Assembly (NCBI RefSeq): GCF_002105155.1
Contig: NW_019029000.1
Location: forward strand, 310,001-374,000
Source: Lobosporangium transversale
Taxonomy: Eukaryota
DNA length: 64,000 nucleotides
Direction: 5' to 3'
A program made the translations under genes and the position numbers. The number at the start of each line of letters is the position of its first letter. The stretch's first letter is position 1. The notes below the pieces were generated by a model. The model was given only the letters and a program-made list of their open reading frames with translations. It had not been told where the DNA came from and ran no database searches. Below are positions 26,800 to 49,805 of this stretch, piece by piece.

Positions 26800-27748
26800 T
26801 TATTATTATTATTATTTTTATTTTTATTTTATTTTTTTTTTTTATTAAACAAAAAAAAAAAAAAATCCCCTCCCTAATTTCTGCCTGTGCACTTTCTTTT
26901 AATACAGATTCGAAAAAGTTTATCCAGTACCAAGCTGGGCATTACCTGAAGGATCACGGAAACGTCGTCGTCTAGCTCGTGAAGCTGCTGGAGCTGTTTC
27001 AGATTCAGATTACTCGGACGAAGAGCAGGAACAGGAACAGGAGCATTCATTATTATCGAGCAGCAAGGGATTCTTGGAGAAATCTGACAAGCTCCGGATC
27101 TTGTCACCCGAATCCATTTCTGTTACTCGTGTCAAGAATGCTAATCAGATGGCTTATTCAAAATCAGTGATCCAATCCGTAGAGTTTCATCCTAGTGGTC
27201 AGATGTTGCTCACTGCAGGATTCGATCGCACCTTACGTTTATTTCAAATTGATGGCAAGCTGAATCAGATGATGCAGTCCATTTTCTACAAGGATATGCC
27301 CATCTACAAGGCAGCATTCTCAGCAACGGGATCTGAAATTGTCGCCAGCGGTCGACGTAAATACTTTTATGTGTTGGATATTGAGGCTGGCAAAGTTGAG
27401 AAATCAGATGGTATCTACGGACGTCAAGAGAAATCGCTCGAGAAATTTTCACTTTCCCCCTGTGGAGAATGGTTTGCGTTCTTGGGACGTGATGGTTATA
27501 TTGTCTTGGTCTCAAGCAAGACAAGACAATGGGTCAAGAACTTGAAGATGAATGGAAATGTCAGAGCTGTAGCCTGGTCCTCTGACTCGGCTTTCCTTTA
27601 TTCTGTTGGAGGTGATGCAGAGATCTATCAGTGGGAAGTCAGCACAGGAAAATGTTTACATCGATTCATGGACGAAGGTGGTTTCCGTCCCACTTGCTTG
27701 GCTGTTTCGCCCAATGATCAATTCTTTGCAGTCGGGTAAGTTTATCAA

Positions 27749-27782
<34 letters not shown>

Positions 27783-28187
27783 CATATTATGCAAGTCATT
27801 CTTACCATATTGGGTGGATTTCTCTACATCCGAAATTTTAATGAATATAGTTCCAAGAGTGGTATTGTCAACATCTATGACCGTACATGCTTAACGACAC
27901 GCAATCCTAAGGCTTTGCGAGCGATTGGCAACTTGACGACAGCAATCCATACCATGCGTTTCAATCATGACTCTCAAATCCTGGCCATTTCCTCGAAGGG
28001 CCGTAAGGACCAACTTCGTTTGATTCATATTCCGTCGCTCAAAGTCTTCCCCAATTGGCCAACGAAGGGCACACCACTCTCCTATGTTTCCTCACTAACC
28101 TTCTCACCAAGGAGTGGATACCTTGCGATTGGCAATGATAAAGGCAAAGTCTTGCTCTACCGTCTTAACCATTATCCATCTGCATAA
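25752..28187 (+). CDS. UTP18: U3 snoRNA-associated WD40 protein Utp18, 4 exons
   Basis: ELENLVFG, acidic linker, KPAWVDPDD, YEQRLRKQF, WD40 repeats (SVEFHP, LRLFQIDGKLN, SGRRKYFY) and C-terminal VFPNWPT...GKVLLYRL. Confidence 0.92.
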
Positions 28188-28369
28188 AAAAATCCCCCTC
28201 CTTAAGATCAAAAAGGACACTCAATACATTACATCATCATCAATTCATCCCAATAAGTTAGACTCTATTTCAACAAAATTAAAAAAGTACTCGTTTGCAT
28301 TGAACTTTTTTGTTTGTTTGTTTGGACTGTTCTATGTTTGACTATCATTTATTTCATTTTGTTGTTCTT

Positions 28370-33266
<4,897 letters not shown>

Positions 33267-34082
33267 GATGATAATCGATAAATAAAATCTCTGCAGTATA
33301 CAATAAGGGCCTGGACACACTTGGTTATCAATAGTGGATATGCAAATAACAATAAAAATAAAATAAAATAAAAAGCTTGAAAGGAGTGGAGTGAAAAAGA
33401 AATGAAATGAGGAGCTGGGAGGGTCAAGAAGAAACAAAAAAGAATAAAAGACTTGTCACTAGAAAGAGAAAAGGCGGTGCTGTACGAAGGGTGTTTTGTA
33501 TGCTTGTGTGTGCAATGGTACAGTGCGCAATGGATATGAAAAGGAAACAGTCCGCAGTAACTAGGAGATAGATTTTTTTTTTTAAAGTTGGAGAGTAGAA
33601 GTGTTTGGGGTTTGGTGAATGGTCGAGCTTTGTCACAGAAATACAATCATGCAAATGTTCCAGAGAATCCAATGCAAAGATGAAGTAGGAAAGAGATGTG
33701 GAGGCAAAGAAAGAAAAGAGGATGAGATAATCAACATTAACACAATAACCAATTAAGTCTCGTGACTAGAGCCACTTTCCTTCTAAATTTCTAAATTCAA
33801 ACCAACAAACAGTGCGTTTGCATGAGATTAAAAAAATATGAAATGAATAGAGTCAATGCGCTCTTATTCATTGCTTGGTTTTATATTAAAGATTATGGTT
33901 TTATCTGTTGTTGACGATAGCACACAGTCCAACTGCTTTTACTGCCTGAAAATATCCACCAGATCATCATTGTCGTTTCATTAAAATAAAAAAAAAAAGA
34001 AGCATGTCTGTCATTACCAAATAAAAGAGAAAAAAAAAAGAAGAAATAATTCAACGTTGATTTTTTTTTTTTTTTTTTTTTT

Positions 34083-37709
<3,627 letters not shown>

Positions 37710-39211
37710 GAATATTTGGGAAGAAAAATATGGATATGAAAAAAAAGGGCCGTGTGGGAGTTTTTTTAAAAAAAAAATAAATTGTGCGTTAAGACAAAAA
37801 AATAAAATAAAAGGATGAAAAGGAAATGAAGAAGAAGGAAAGAAAGAGAAGAGTGGAGCGTTTTCTTTCTATTATGAAGTGCTAATAGCAAACTTAAAAG
37901 AAAGAAAATAAGGCTGTGAGAAAGAAAAAGAGAGAGCGGGAAGAACAATAAAATAAAATAAAACGTCAGTCAATGAATAAGAGGAGCCGAGAGCTACGAA
38001 ATAAAGAAGAAGAGCATTAAACTGAAATGATGGAAAAGTGAAGAGCAGAGAAGGAGAGATTGAGGGAATGGGAGGCAGTGTTTGTTAAATGAGCTCTTAG
38101 AAGAACGTATGACGCTTTTTTTTTTTTGCCCGCAGGACAAGCAATCATTACGGGTGAATGATAATTCTGATGGCAAGAAAAAAAAATCCTTAATAATGGT
38201 TGCAGAAGAGAAAAGGGAATAGAATGGAGATAGAAGTGGTCAAGAGGTCAAAATGAGAGAAAGTAGCAATTAAAAGATCTTGAAGTGCTTTCCCATCTCC
38301 CAAAAAAAAAAAAAGATTCAGGGCGTGTTACATCTGCTAAAAAGTTGAAGGCGATCTTCTACTGTGATCAAATAAAAGGGACCCGCCTTTTTCCTTCCCG
38401 CGCGCGAAAAATCTCAAGTCCTAAACACATATTCAAATCTAACACATACAATTGAATAGAATAGGATAGGCGCCTTCTCTAATTCGTCCGAGAGTGGCAA
38501 AGTTGAAAAGACTGGCAAGCAATAGATTATTAACCTATAAAGACAAGAATACCGCCGAGAATATGAAAGGACAAGACTAGAGCTGAGCAATCAGGAGAAT
38601 ATGAAAATGAAATGAAAATGGAAAAAAAAAAAAAAAAAAAAAAAAAAAACAATTACAATAACAAACAAATGAAAACATGGAATCATCATTGTCATCATCA
38701 TCGTATCAAAGACACTAATAGATAAAAAGTCGAAGGGAAGGGCTCTTGAAGAGGTAACGAGCATCCTCTTCCCTTAAACTCTCTCTGTCATCACCTTTCA
38801 TCATCCATCTCTCCTTAATACTTTAATCACGATACTTTTTCTCTCTTTTCTCTTTTGGCTCAACTGGTCCATAGGCCCATTTTGTCATTAATATTAGATG
38901 ATTTGAAATACTCAGACTAGACAAACATATTAAGACGCACTGCTTGTTTGTTCTCGATGTGTGTTGTATTGCTTTTTTTGTTTTTGTTTTGTTTTGATGT
39001 GGACAAAAACAACGCGCTACATGAGGTAAACCCAAATTTGAGAAATAAATGACAAGTCCTTCATTTTTTATTTTTTTTGGTCTGCGTTGCCCCTATCCCC
39101 TATTTCCTATGTCCTTTACTCTCTGATGTTTGGCACTGTTGATGGCGGGTGAATAAGAAGGAAACGCGGAGGAAGCAGCGAAGCAATTCACCAATCCTAA
39201 GAGACACGAAA

Positions 39212-39243
<32 letters not shown>

Positions 39244-40003
39244 CCTCCGCTCTTTCTTGGAACAGGAATATGTCTCTACCACCATTCCTTGACATGATTC
39301 ACTGCTTTCCGCCTTTCAACACTTTGAAGAATATGTACATAAATATATAAAATCCAGTGTCCTCACCTTTCTTTGCTCCCCCTTTTTGTTTCCTCTTTCT
39401 TTTCTCTCATCCTTTCTTCTTCGTATCCCCCTGTTTCTGTCTCACTACTTGACACAGTCACCACTCAAATACTCCGAAGACGTGGTACGACCCATTTGAC
39501 CAAGATGAATGTACAATAGAGTTCAATGCAATCGGGGTAGAATCAAGTGTTACGTCAAGAAGGTGTTCATACCAGCAATCACTTTACACAAGACAAGTAG
39601 TGCAACATAAAAAAAAAGGGGAAAGGGAGACATGGGGATGCAAGTAGAAAGAGTGATGAGCGCTCTCGTACCTGAAAAAACAAATGAAATGAAAAAATAT
39701 TCGATCTTGTCCTTAATTCCGTATGCTCTTGATGCTCTTGTCTACAGTAACTTGTTTATTGTTCCTATCCTCTGTTAGTTACGGCATCAACTGTTGTTGT
39801 TGTCCTTCGTTGCACCAGGTTCTGGGGAATCAATCTGCCTTGTGGGATAACAGGTCACCAATTCAAAGCAGGAAAAAAAAAAGTGATGGTGAGGATGAGA
39901 AGGAACAAATGAGAAAAAGGAAGAAGGAAACCGCGAGATAAAATTGATGGAGATGAAGAAAGCTAGAAAAATGGGACGACAGAAAAGGAAAGGGAAGAAA
40001 GAG

Positions 40004-40037
<34 letters not shown>

Positions 40038-40696
40038 AAAAGGAAAAGGAAAAGGAAAAGAAGGGAAAGAAAGAGAAATGGGAAGCAATTGAACTAAAAG
40101 AGAGAGAAAGAAAGTAAAAAAAAAAAAAAAAAAAAAAAGAGTGAGACAGAGTCAATGATGAAAGTTGAAGCACAGGAGAATAAACATGCAGTAGAAAAGA
40201 AGATGTGGACACGCACATCACAGGGGGGTGAGGTCGAAATGAACCAAAGTGGGGGAGGACCCAAAAGAAGGTGCTCAAAGATAAAATTGAGAGCGAGAAC
40301 AAAAGAATAAAGAGACGTGATTGAGAGTGGAACAGAGGTTCGTGCACTGCGAGCACTGCAAAGCATGTACATGTACACACATGCGCGCGTGCCTTTCTCC
40401 CCGATGGTTGTGGCGAGGGGGAGGGGACCAAAGTGAACAATCCATTGTAATTTCTGAACACAAAATATCAGAAGCACTCGTTTCTAACTCCATTGCAAGC
40501 GTGAATCAAAGAAAAACGTAAGCAAAAAAAAAAAAAAAAAAAAAAAAATTCTTCTCATCTATGTTCAGAGAAGACGCGCATCGCATCGAAGAATATACTG
40601 GAGACAAAAGAAAAAAGAAAACACTCACAAATAACACGCTCTCAGAAGAAGGAAAGAGCCATTCAGTTGTCCCTGGAAAACACACCGGGGTGTCCA

Positions 40697-40729
<33 letters not shown>

Positions 40730-41977
40730 ACAAATAGAAATATTCTTGATATGTGTTTTATAAGGCGGGGCAGTGTAATTGTGTATAACACTCACAACCT
40801 AATTGAACTGCAAGGTTGTATTAAGGCCCGCGCGAGAAGAAACGGACATCAAGGGAATGTAAACCATGTTACAACATTGCCTTCGAACCAAACAAATAAA
40901 TAAATAAACAAATAATATATTTTACTTTTTGCTTGAAATCTTCCTTACCCCAAACTGGCGCGCGGGAAGGACCAAGAGCAAGTAAGGAGAGGGGAGAAGC
41001 AATAAAAGACAAGCAAGAGTGAGAGAGCGCAACATGACACGATATAATAGACATGATAGCCGACCAAGAAAAGTAAAAGAATAAATTAAAACTCGCATCC
41101 AAAACCTGAAAGACCGCTTTTGACTTTTTCCGTGGCGGTAAAATTAAACCACCTGACAAAAAAACAAAAGAAAAAGAAATGTTCTGGGTATTGATAAGAA
41201 GTAACTGTCTTAATGTCTTACCGTTGACGTCCTTGGCGTCCAGAGGAAAAAAAAAAAAAAAAAATGCTGCAAGGGAAAGGACAAAAGACCAAAAAGAAAG
41301 AACTGTGGAGGGGTGTTTGGCGGGAGGCACTCAATCACAGCCAAAAATGATTGGAGAGTATCAGGGGAGAAGGGCAGGGGATGCTACATGGTAAACGGAG
41401 GGAAAGAAAAATATTTACCATCAGATATTGTGTTACAAAAGAATGAGAAAGGAGCAGGCATCGCCATTCAGTCGACAATTGCCAAGTTCAGCCGTGTTGC
41501 GAAGTATATACAAGTCTTTTTTAAACAGGATAGACAATACAAGGGAGTTTAGAAGGTGTACAACTACATTACTTTTACTGTTTACCGAGGGAATAAAAAA
41601 AAAAGGTGTAAAGTGCAAATAATCTGGGCAAACGGAAGCTGAAACAATCGATTGTATTGAACCAGAGCAACTGCCGGAGCAATGAAGCAAGGTCAAATGG
41701 GAGGAAAAAAGTTATAGTAATAAATAAAAGGGAAAATGAAAGATGGGTTGGAACAAAGAGATCAAATTAAAAGAGGAAGAATAGTAACAAAAAAGAAAGA
41801 AAAAGGAAGCTGGAAATGGGGATGGGGGTGTAGGGGGAAAGGTGCCAGAACATGTGCAGCTTATTTAGCTTTGTCGCATCCATTTCCTTGATCCAATCGT
41901 CTGAAACTTGTCCGAGTGCCAGATCAGGGTATCACCCATACAAACAGACTAAAAAAGGTGATATAAAGCTGGCAAGT

Positions 41978-42010
<33 letters not shown>

Positions 42011-44914
42011 AGCCGATAGGCTATATAACGTACCAATGGGCTCCCAAGAAAAAAATACAAAAAGGAAAACAAGAGAGACAAAGAGAGAGGGCCAGCTTGT
42101 TGGGCTCCGAATCTCACTTGGCGTACTTTAATATATCAGATTTGAAGATCGAGCCGTGTTTGATCACACAGATCTCGACCACGATGCCACGACGCGTCTT
42201 TTTGGTCGGTCCTTGAAATAGTTCATAAAGTAAAATAAATGTAAGAAATGTTTAAATGTTTGACGGAGGATGAAATTAATAAAAAACCATATTATTTAAG
42301 CATTGTTGATGGCGAAATGAAACAGTGAAGATCATATCTGAGATAGAAATTAGCAATCAAAGTATACAATTATATGAAAGGATAAGAGCAAAGAGAAGAC
42401 ACAACACAAAAAAGAAAGAGTCAAGAAAAAGAAGAAAAAAGATATCAGAAAATTGACACCATGCGTTGTACTCTTGCCAGCGGGAATAAAAAAAATAAAA
42501 AATAAAAAAAAGATTCTCGTCTCGCGTGGGACTAAGAGATACACAATCTCTGAAAGCATTGAAATGCAAGTATATATACAAGCATGACAACAGTAAGGGT
42601 ACTTTGGGAATGTATCCTTGCATCTTACAGAACAGGACACACAGACACAGGACACAAGCACACAGGCACAAGAAGCACAGACAGAAAGACGCTTCAACCA
42701 AAGTATATAGTTAAGGCTACATTAAAATATATATAACATCAAAAAAAGGCAAAGAATTTAGTGCCTTGTGCATAGCACACTGTAGAATGATTCTCACCTT
42801 GTAAAACGATTCCCACGTGCCTTAAATAGAGTGTAAGTTCCTTACTTGGGCCACAGATATGATAAATACGATCTACAAAGGATAGCAGTAATTAAAAAAA
42901 ATTGGTTGCAAAGAAGTTTGGATTATGAGGAAAGGAGTGATGGGAAGTGCTCCAAGTTTATATCAATGATAATTTTTAGATTATTATGAAACTGGTCGTG
43001 CGTAAAGCTGACTACTGAGGCAACAACAACAATAACAACAACAATACCATCAACACAAATAAGACCTAGAAATGAATGGCATTCAAAATTTAGTGTGCCA
43101 TGTCCACGCGCAAACCAAAAAGAAAAGAAACATGATTTGTTGGGCAAAAAGGGAAGTATCGTTTTTTTGGGCAACTAACATCAGTCCGTGGGCCAAACAA
43201 GTCAAGCAGACCAAACAGATCAAGCAAACGGTCAGGGTCAGTCATTTGCTTTGTTTGTTGTTTGTTTTGAGCAACAATGAAATATTATTTGGTTGGATAA
43301 GAGCGAAGTGGGGGAATGGAGGAAAGAAATGATGATGTTGATAATACATATTAAGATGAATGGATTGTACATGTTATTTGTATTGCGTTATAAAACAATA
43401 CATAGAGCTGCAGCAAGGTAAAGTCTTCTCTCCATTAACGGACCAAAAATACAACGTTGCATAACCGAAACACTAATGCCAACTCTTAGCAATAACAACA
43501 AAAAGCAATTGCATGCAATAAAAAGTTAGATTGTTAACAAACCTCAGTATGAGAGAAGAAAGAGCAGAGTAAAAAAGAAGATAAATGAATATATGAGCCA
43601 GAATGTTTGCATTGAGCTGTACATTGTTCAGACATTTGGATGAAAATGAACATGTGGGAAAGGCTCACTTCACTCTACCAGCTGATGTGTACATGAATAT
43701 AGCATATATACAGTAATTGGTGAGGAGCTGACAATAGGGGACACAAAGTACAGAAGTACAGTTCAAAAAAAAGAAAAAGGAAAAGGAAAAAAAGCACGCC
43801 GCTTGTTATGGCAGTAACTTTTGAATCTGATTCTGATTCTGGCTTTGGTTCTGGTTCTGGATGGTTTCTGTACAGGAAGTCTTGTAAACTTACTTCTAAA
43901 ATTTACTCAATCTCACGTTGTCAAAAAATTAAGCGCGTTTTAATATACGCTCAATACGAGATAAAAGCAAGAAGGCCCAAGAGTGAATGAGCGCGTGGAA
44001 TGAATGAGAAGAAATGTGAATCGAATGAGTATAAAAAAGAGATGCGCAAGCAAACAAGCATGCAAAATAACAATAATATTATTATTATCAATAAAGAATA
44101 CTTCTATCAACTAAAGAAATGAATCTCTGGTTAGAGAACTGAGTGAAGGACGGTAAAAGAAAGTGTATGTGTATAATCAAATGCTTTTCATTTTTGGCCT
44201 CATACACAAATATTGACTCTGTCTTCTTTCTTCCCTCAATCTACTTTAATCCGTATCGATCCATCTTTTCTTTGTTGACATATCCAGATCTCTTGTGGTT
44301 GTGGTTGTTTTTGTCCATGTTGCAACGACAGACAACAGTGCATTTGCATTCGGTACGCCGGTCTTTTGCTTCGCACACTCGCTGTGTGTTTGCTTTATTT
44401 ATTTGCTATGTCTCTTTTTAAAAACAACAAAATAAACCTTTTTTTTTTCTTGATGGAGATCCAGGCCTATCTATTCATTACATCCACAGTGCTTACTGTT
44501 TTATATAAGTCTGGATACTCAACCCAAACAAATACAGTATGGAGTAGAAGAGCGAAGGCGTCGTGGGCACGTATCGCAAAACAACTAAATCCCTTTCCAT
44601 TCTTATCCTCATCACTTTCGATTCACTTCACATAGTAATGCATATATTTATAGCCTCTTCTTCAACCCTCTTTTTTCATCCATTACTCTTCATTACCTAT
44701 CGCCCTGTTCGGAGCGCGCTTTTCTTACAAGGAAATCCCAAAGCAACACAATATGACATTTAGCAAACATGCGATACAACTATATCTGTGGCAAGTCCAT
44801 CTGAAGGATGCAAACTTATTCTGAAGATGGGGGAGGGCATACCTAACTTGATATCGCTTTCATTCCTCCACATCGGATGATGGCTACACGCCACACCAAC
44901 GAGCATTAAGGCTC

Positions 44915-44945
<31 letters not shown>

Positions 44946-46436
44946 TAATAGCTGTAACAAAGACATTGAAATGGAGTTTGTGTTTCTGCCTCTTTGAATA
45001 GCCTTTCTGGAAATGAGCTATCTTACGAATATATGAAATCAATATGTTCTTGATCGTGAAGGTAAAGAAAGGAATGGCATACAGGCGCACTACGAATGGC
45101 AACAGCACCAGTATCTTTCGCTCATGCCTTGTAGATATTCTATTATTTTTTCAGAATCCTTTCATATTAATTTCCTCCGCCGCTTCTGATACAATGCTCT
45201 CTTACAGTCTTTTTTTTTTTTTTTTTTCTCTTTTTTAACAAAAGAAAGTAGTAGCAGGAAATTATTCACACAGTTTTGCTAGATGCAGAGATGCTACAAA
45301 CGTGATATGCATTGGTAATCTTGTACAACATCACCAACACCCATAGCTGCCTTGCCAAAGATGGTGTCTAGAAGAGGTTACAAAGTTTGTCCAATTAATT
45401 ACATGTACGTCGTTTTACATGCGCCTCCTTTCTTAACTCGCATGAGCTGTCTCCGCGAAGACTGCTCGGAGCTCATTTCTATCTTGAGCCTAATTAGTGC
45501 GATATATCAGAGAGACGGGGTTTGGTTTTGGCTTTTTGTCTTTTGAAAGACTGTATATACCGTGCTCATCGAATACAAAAAAGTTTTTTTTTTTTTATTC
45601 TTTCGAGAGAGTATGCTTCCAAGGATTGCCTCAGCTGCACGAAAAGGAGCTTCCTCTTCAGTAGAGTATCATATCGTCATTTTTTGATGTCAACGGTGGT
45701 TAAAATACCTTCGTTGAAGGAAAAGGTCCACTGGCATACTTCCATGGCTTACTAAAAGTCTCCTTTGTCCAATACGTTCGCATCCAAAACATAGCGCCAG
45801 CCATCCTTCAGCACGAGCATTAGTAGCAAGGAGAGTGTGAGAAAGGATTTGTCTACACCCATGGGGATCTGACAACACCCTTTTGATTGCACATTTCCTA
45901 TTTGCCGAAAAGTCTTTCTACATTCTCTCCACCTGCTTGGTAATGAAAAAAGATTCTTCCTAGAAGCCTTACCCATAGTGCTTGAACCCTTGGTCTAATA
46001 ATGATAATAAGATTTTATCACCAACGTGCTTGCCATCCAATGGCACTTGGGTTCTTCACGTGGAGCGAATATAATTTCTCCTGCGTTGAGCAGATCGATC
46101 AATATAGGCAGTAAGGTTGCGGATCTACACGCCGCTTGGTGCTAGCATCTTTGGTCCAGTTGTAAGCCCCAACGCATGGTTGATCACGGTAAACTGATAG
46201 TGCGTATGTAATGCACTTGAAGAATAAGAATAGTAATAAAAAATAACGATCAATGATACATCCCCTTACTACCACCAACGTATGCTAGGATATAATACTC
46301 TTTTGCCAATCGCTTCGTATCTAAAAAATCATTTTTTGTTTTTATTTTTTTAGTATTTACGGGCCAACAGTTAATATACTTCCATGTACAAGCCGACCTA
46401 GTTTTTGTAGCCTAGGTTCGCTTCTATTTCAAGCCT

Positions 46437-47368
46437 TTAGGCCTCTGCCGATTCAGTTCTGGATCTCATCTCCCTTACTCCTCATATCAAGATGCCATGA
46501 GACTCGCTAAAGTGTGCTAAGCATTACTGTGAAGCTGGTATTCAGTTGCAGAGCCTTGACCATTTCGCATTGCGATCATTAAACAAGGACCTACAGTAGC
46601 CTCTGCCCATCTAGGCTCTCGGTGACACTCTACATCGTCAAGGACACTCACTTTTATTCTACACTCTTCCCTTGCCCCTCTTCATTTCGACTTCCTAAAT
46701 CTTCTCACCATTACTTTGTCACATAGGCGAAGTTATGCCTATCTATTACAACATGGCGGAGGACCCTTCGCAACGATTCGTCTGGCTACCGATGCTATCC
46801 TATGTGCTTCTCGTTGAAGCTTCCTGGCCCTCTGTCAGTCAATCTACCGCTTATTCGATTCCTTTGACGTACTCTGTAAAAGAGCAAGCTTATTAGACAA
46901 CCATTTCGAGGATCCTATCATCCGCTCTCTCGCCTTCTTTTTCTTCCTGGCAACGGAGCGGCCTGCTTATTCCCTATCTTTTTTCCATTTTTTCTTCCTT
47001 TTCTCACTTCTGGATGTTTCTTTTTCTTTATATTTAATCATCACTACAGTATACAACAATCCTCCACAATCATCAAACTCTTCCATTTCATCGCTTACTT
47101 TATATTGTTTTTAGAGGGGCGAGAAAACAAAAATGTAGAATAAAGGCGAATGTCCTTGACGATGTAGAGTGTCACCGAGAGCCTAGATGGGCAGAGGCTA
47201 CTGTAGGTCCTTGTTTAATAATCGCAATGCGAATGGTCAAGGCTCTGCAACTGAATACCAGCTTCACAGTAATGTTTAGCACACTTTAGCGAGTCTCATG
47301 GCATCTTGATATGAGGGGTAAGGGGGATGTATAGATGAGATCCAGAGCTGAGTCAGCAGAGGTCTAGG
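46437..47368. repeat. Long inverted repeat (foldback): arms about 46437-46650 and 47146-47368, spacer about 500 nt
   Basis: Left arm ...catatcaagatgccatgagactcgctaaagtgtgctaag...ggtgacactctacatcgtcaaggaca is the near-exact reverse complement of the right arm tgtccttgacgatgtagagtgtcacc...gagtctcatggcatcttgatatg. Confidence 0.93.
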
Positions 47369-48598
47369 GTATAGGAGTTGTACGTGAGAGCATGAGCTCT
47401 GAAGCCTGAAGACTAAAGACTGAAGTTTATTAGGGGAATTCTTCCTCTTCTTATATTGTTCTTCTATGAACCTAGCTGTGGTAGCTAGTGACGCAGCCCT
47501 ACGAGGAGCATCCGCCACTTACTGATGAAAGACTCAAAGAGCTTTCATTAAATGTGGATCTGTAAGCACTATATATTATAGGAAAATAATTATAGATATT
47601 GCTAGTTATTGTTAGCTATTTTCAACCGTGGTCAGCAAACATCAGCCTATAACGATCAAAGAGGCCGATTATCATTGGAAGAACAGACCCTCAGAGGTAA
47701 GGAGGCGTGGTGGCATTGAAAGTTTAGTTGCTGTTAAAGGCCGGCCTAGAAAAGTTGGTTAGTAAAATCATCAATAATCTAATATGAACCATTCCGTTCT
47801 AATAGGAGATAAAGAGAAACATGGTTTCCAAGGGGCATAAAACAGATACAAATGAATATTAAATATACTACATGTGTTTGCATGTGTATGTGTTGACCAA
47901 TAGCCTTGTAGATAATGGTCAAGACTCTCGCGAAAAGCGCACTGAACTGTTCAAGGATAGTACACACAAAGGGTCTTGTGGGGAATGAGCATGAAAACAC
48001 CATCTCGATAGTGTCTTTTACGCCAGAAATCAGTGCTATTCTTCCTACTTTATTTGAATTTATGCTAAACGCACACGGAAAGGTGTGCTCTATGATGGGA
48101 AACAGGCTTCAATTAGTAACTATCAGGAAAAAAGACTTTGACACTTTACTTATGGCGAAGCTATCCTACACTGTGTTGATAATTTCGGAGGTAGTCTTGA
48201 TACATGATAGAGCCGTATAACTGTAAGTGTGTAAGTTACACTTGGGATATTCATCTTCATGTAACCGTTGCTTCAAAAGAACTCTCGGAAGGAGCACGCG
48301 ATGTGACTTCTCCCCGTGTTTCCTTTTTTGCACACACACGGTCGCGGGTTGAAATAATTTGCAAAGCGATGAGTCTTGTAAGAAAACCGGGTTGAGCTTG
48401 CCGCGGAAAATAAAAGCCCAACAAATGCTATGCAAAACATATTCGGCGCACATTCAAAGCACTTAAAACTGATCTCAATCTTCCATCGGTTTCTTTTGTT
48501 ACCTTTTCACAAACAGCTTCGCTTCTTTTCTTCCTTTTCTTTCCTTTATTCTTTTTTTTTTTTTTTTTTTATTCTTAAACATTCACTACCTTTTCGTC

Positions 48599-49593
48599 AT
48601 GTCTCTTTCCATTCTTTCCTCATCTCTCAAGGGATCAGTCCTCAAGGCTGTTCGACTCTCTGCTGCCACCTCAACTGTTGCAAGGCCTGCCTCTGTCTGG
48701 ACCTCAAGACTTTACTCAACGGAACAGAGTGGCAACAATAACAACAGTAGCAATAATGATAATAATGGCAACAGGGATAACAAGGATAATAAGGAAGGCA
48801 ATGCTGCCGCTGCCTCTGAAACAGAATCTGCGCCCGCAGACGCATCAAAAGAACAAACTGAAAACGGAAAGCCTGCTCACGAAGAAGCCCTAGCCGCTAA
48901 GGATAAACAAATTGCTGAGATCAAGGTAAAGACAAAGAACTTGAAATGGAAGGGACTGGCAAGACATCCCATCCATAGTGGTTCCAGGGACGAAATAAAG
49001 AACGCTACATCAAAAGTCATTTGTTTCCAACATTTTCTTAACTCGTTTTCTTTCCTTTCTTTTCATTTCCTTCCTTATTTCCTAACTAATCTACGAACAA
49101 ATATCCAATGACATATACATGACGACTATACATATACATGTATGTATAAAAAAAGGATCGTTTGTTACGCACACTTGCAGACATGGAGAACCTCCGTCAG
49201 AGAACTGCCAAGGAAGTGAGCAACACCAAAGATTATGCTATTCAAAAGTTTGCCAAGGATCTCTTGGATACTGCAGATATATTGGGTATGGCGATCAAGA
49301 ACGTGCCTGCAGAAGAGCTTTCAGAGAGCTCAAATAACGTCCATTTAAAGACGTTGCATACGGGAGTATCGATGACAAGAGATGAGCTCCTCAAGGCATT
49401 TAAGCGACATGGTATTGAGCCTTATGATCCCATCAATGAAAAGTTTGATCCAAATCTGCATCAAGCCAACTTTCAGGTGCCCATGCCCGGCAAGGAGCCC
49501 GGTACAGTCTTTGATGTTCAGAAGATTGGATTCATGATTAAGGGACGTGTCTTGCGGCCGGCACAAGTTGGTGTTGTTCAAGGAACAGATTAA
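48599..49593 (+). CDS. MGE1: Mitochondrial GrpE nucleotide exchange factor, 2 exons (48599-48925, 49156-49593)
   Basis: Ser/Arg-rich presequence, then LRTLADMENLRQRT, AIQKFAKDLL, FDPNLHQA and GRVLRPAQVGV. Confidence 0.96.
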
Positions 49594-49805
49594 AAAAAAA
49601 AAAAAAATCCAAATCGGGATGTAGTGTTGTGGAGGAGGAAGAGGGTATTTGGTTTTTCTTGTTTCTTATTTTTTTTTTTTCCAGCATCTTAATACTAGAG
49701 CATCTTTTCCTTTTTTTTTTTTTTAACATAATAAAATGAAACATACAGGCAAACAACACTTGTCGATGGGTTGATTTTTTATTTTGAAAGATTACTTCGC
49801 CTCTC

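Noticed and set aside
33267..33437. In-frame upstream extension of IRE1 in the ORF track
   Set aside because: It begins at a non-ATG codon in pyrimidine-rich leader sequence. The ATG at 33266 precedes a credible signal peptide.
37766..45546. Many short ORFs rich in poly-Phe or poly-Lys, such as 39787-40461
   Set aside because: They are translations of poly-T/poly-A and CT-rich tracts with no domain signal. The same applies to the antisense shadow ORFs over real genes.
46752..46800. Weak inverted similarity to 47470-47518 outside the foldback arms
   Set aside because: It is short and gapped, and not distinguishable from chance by eye.
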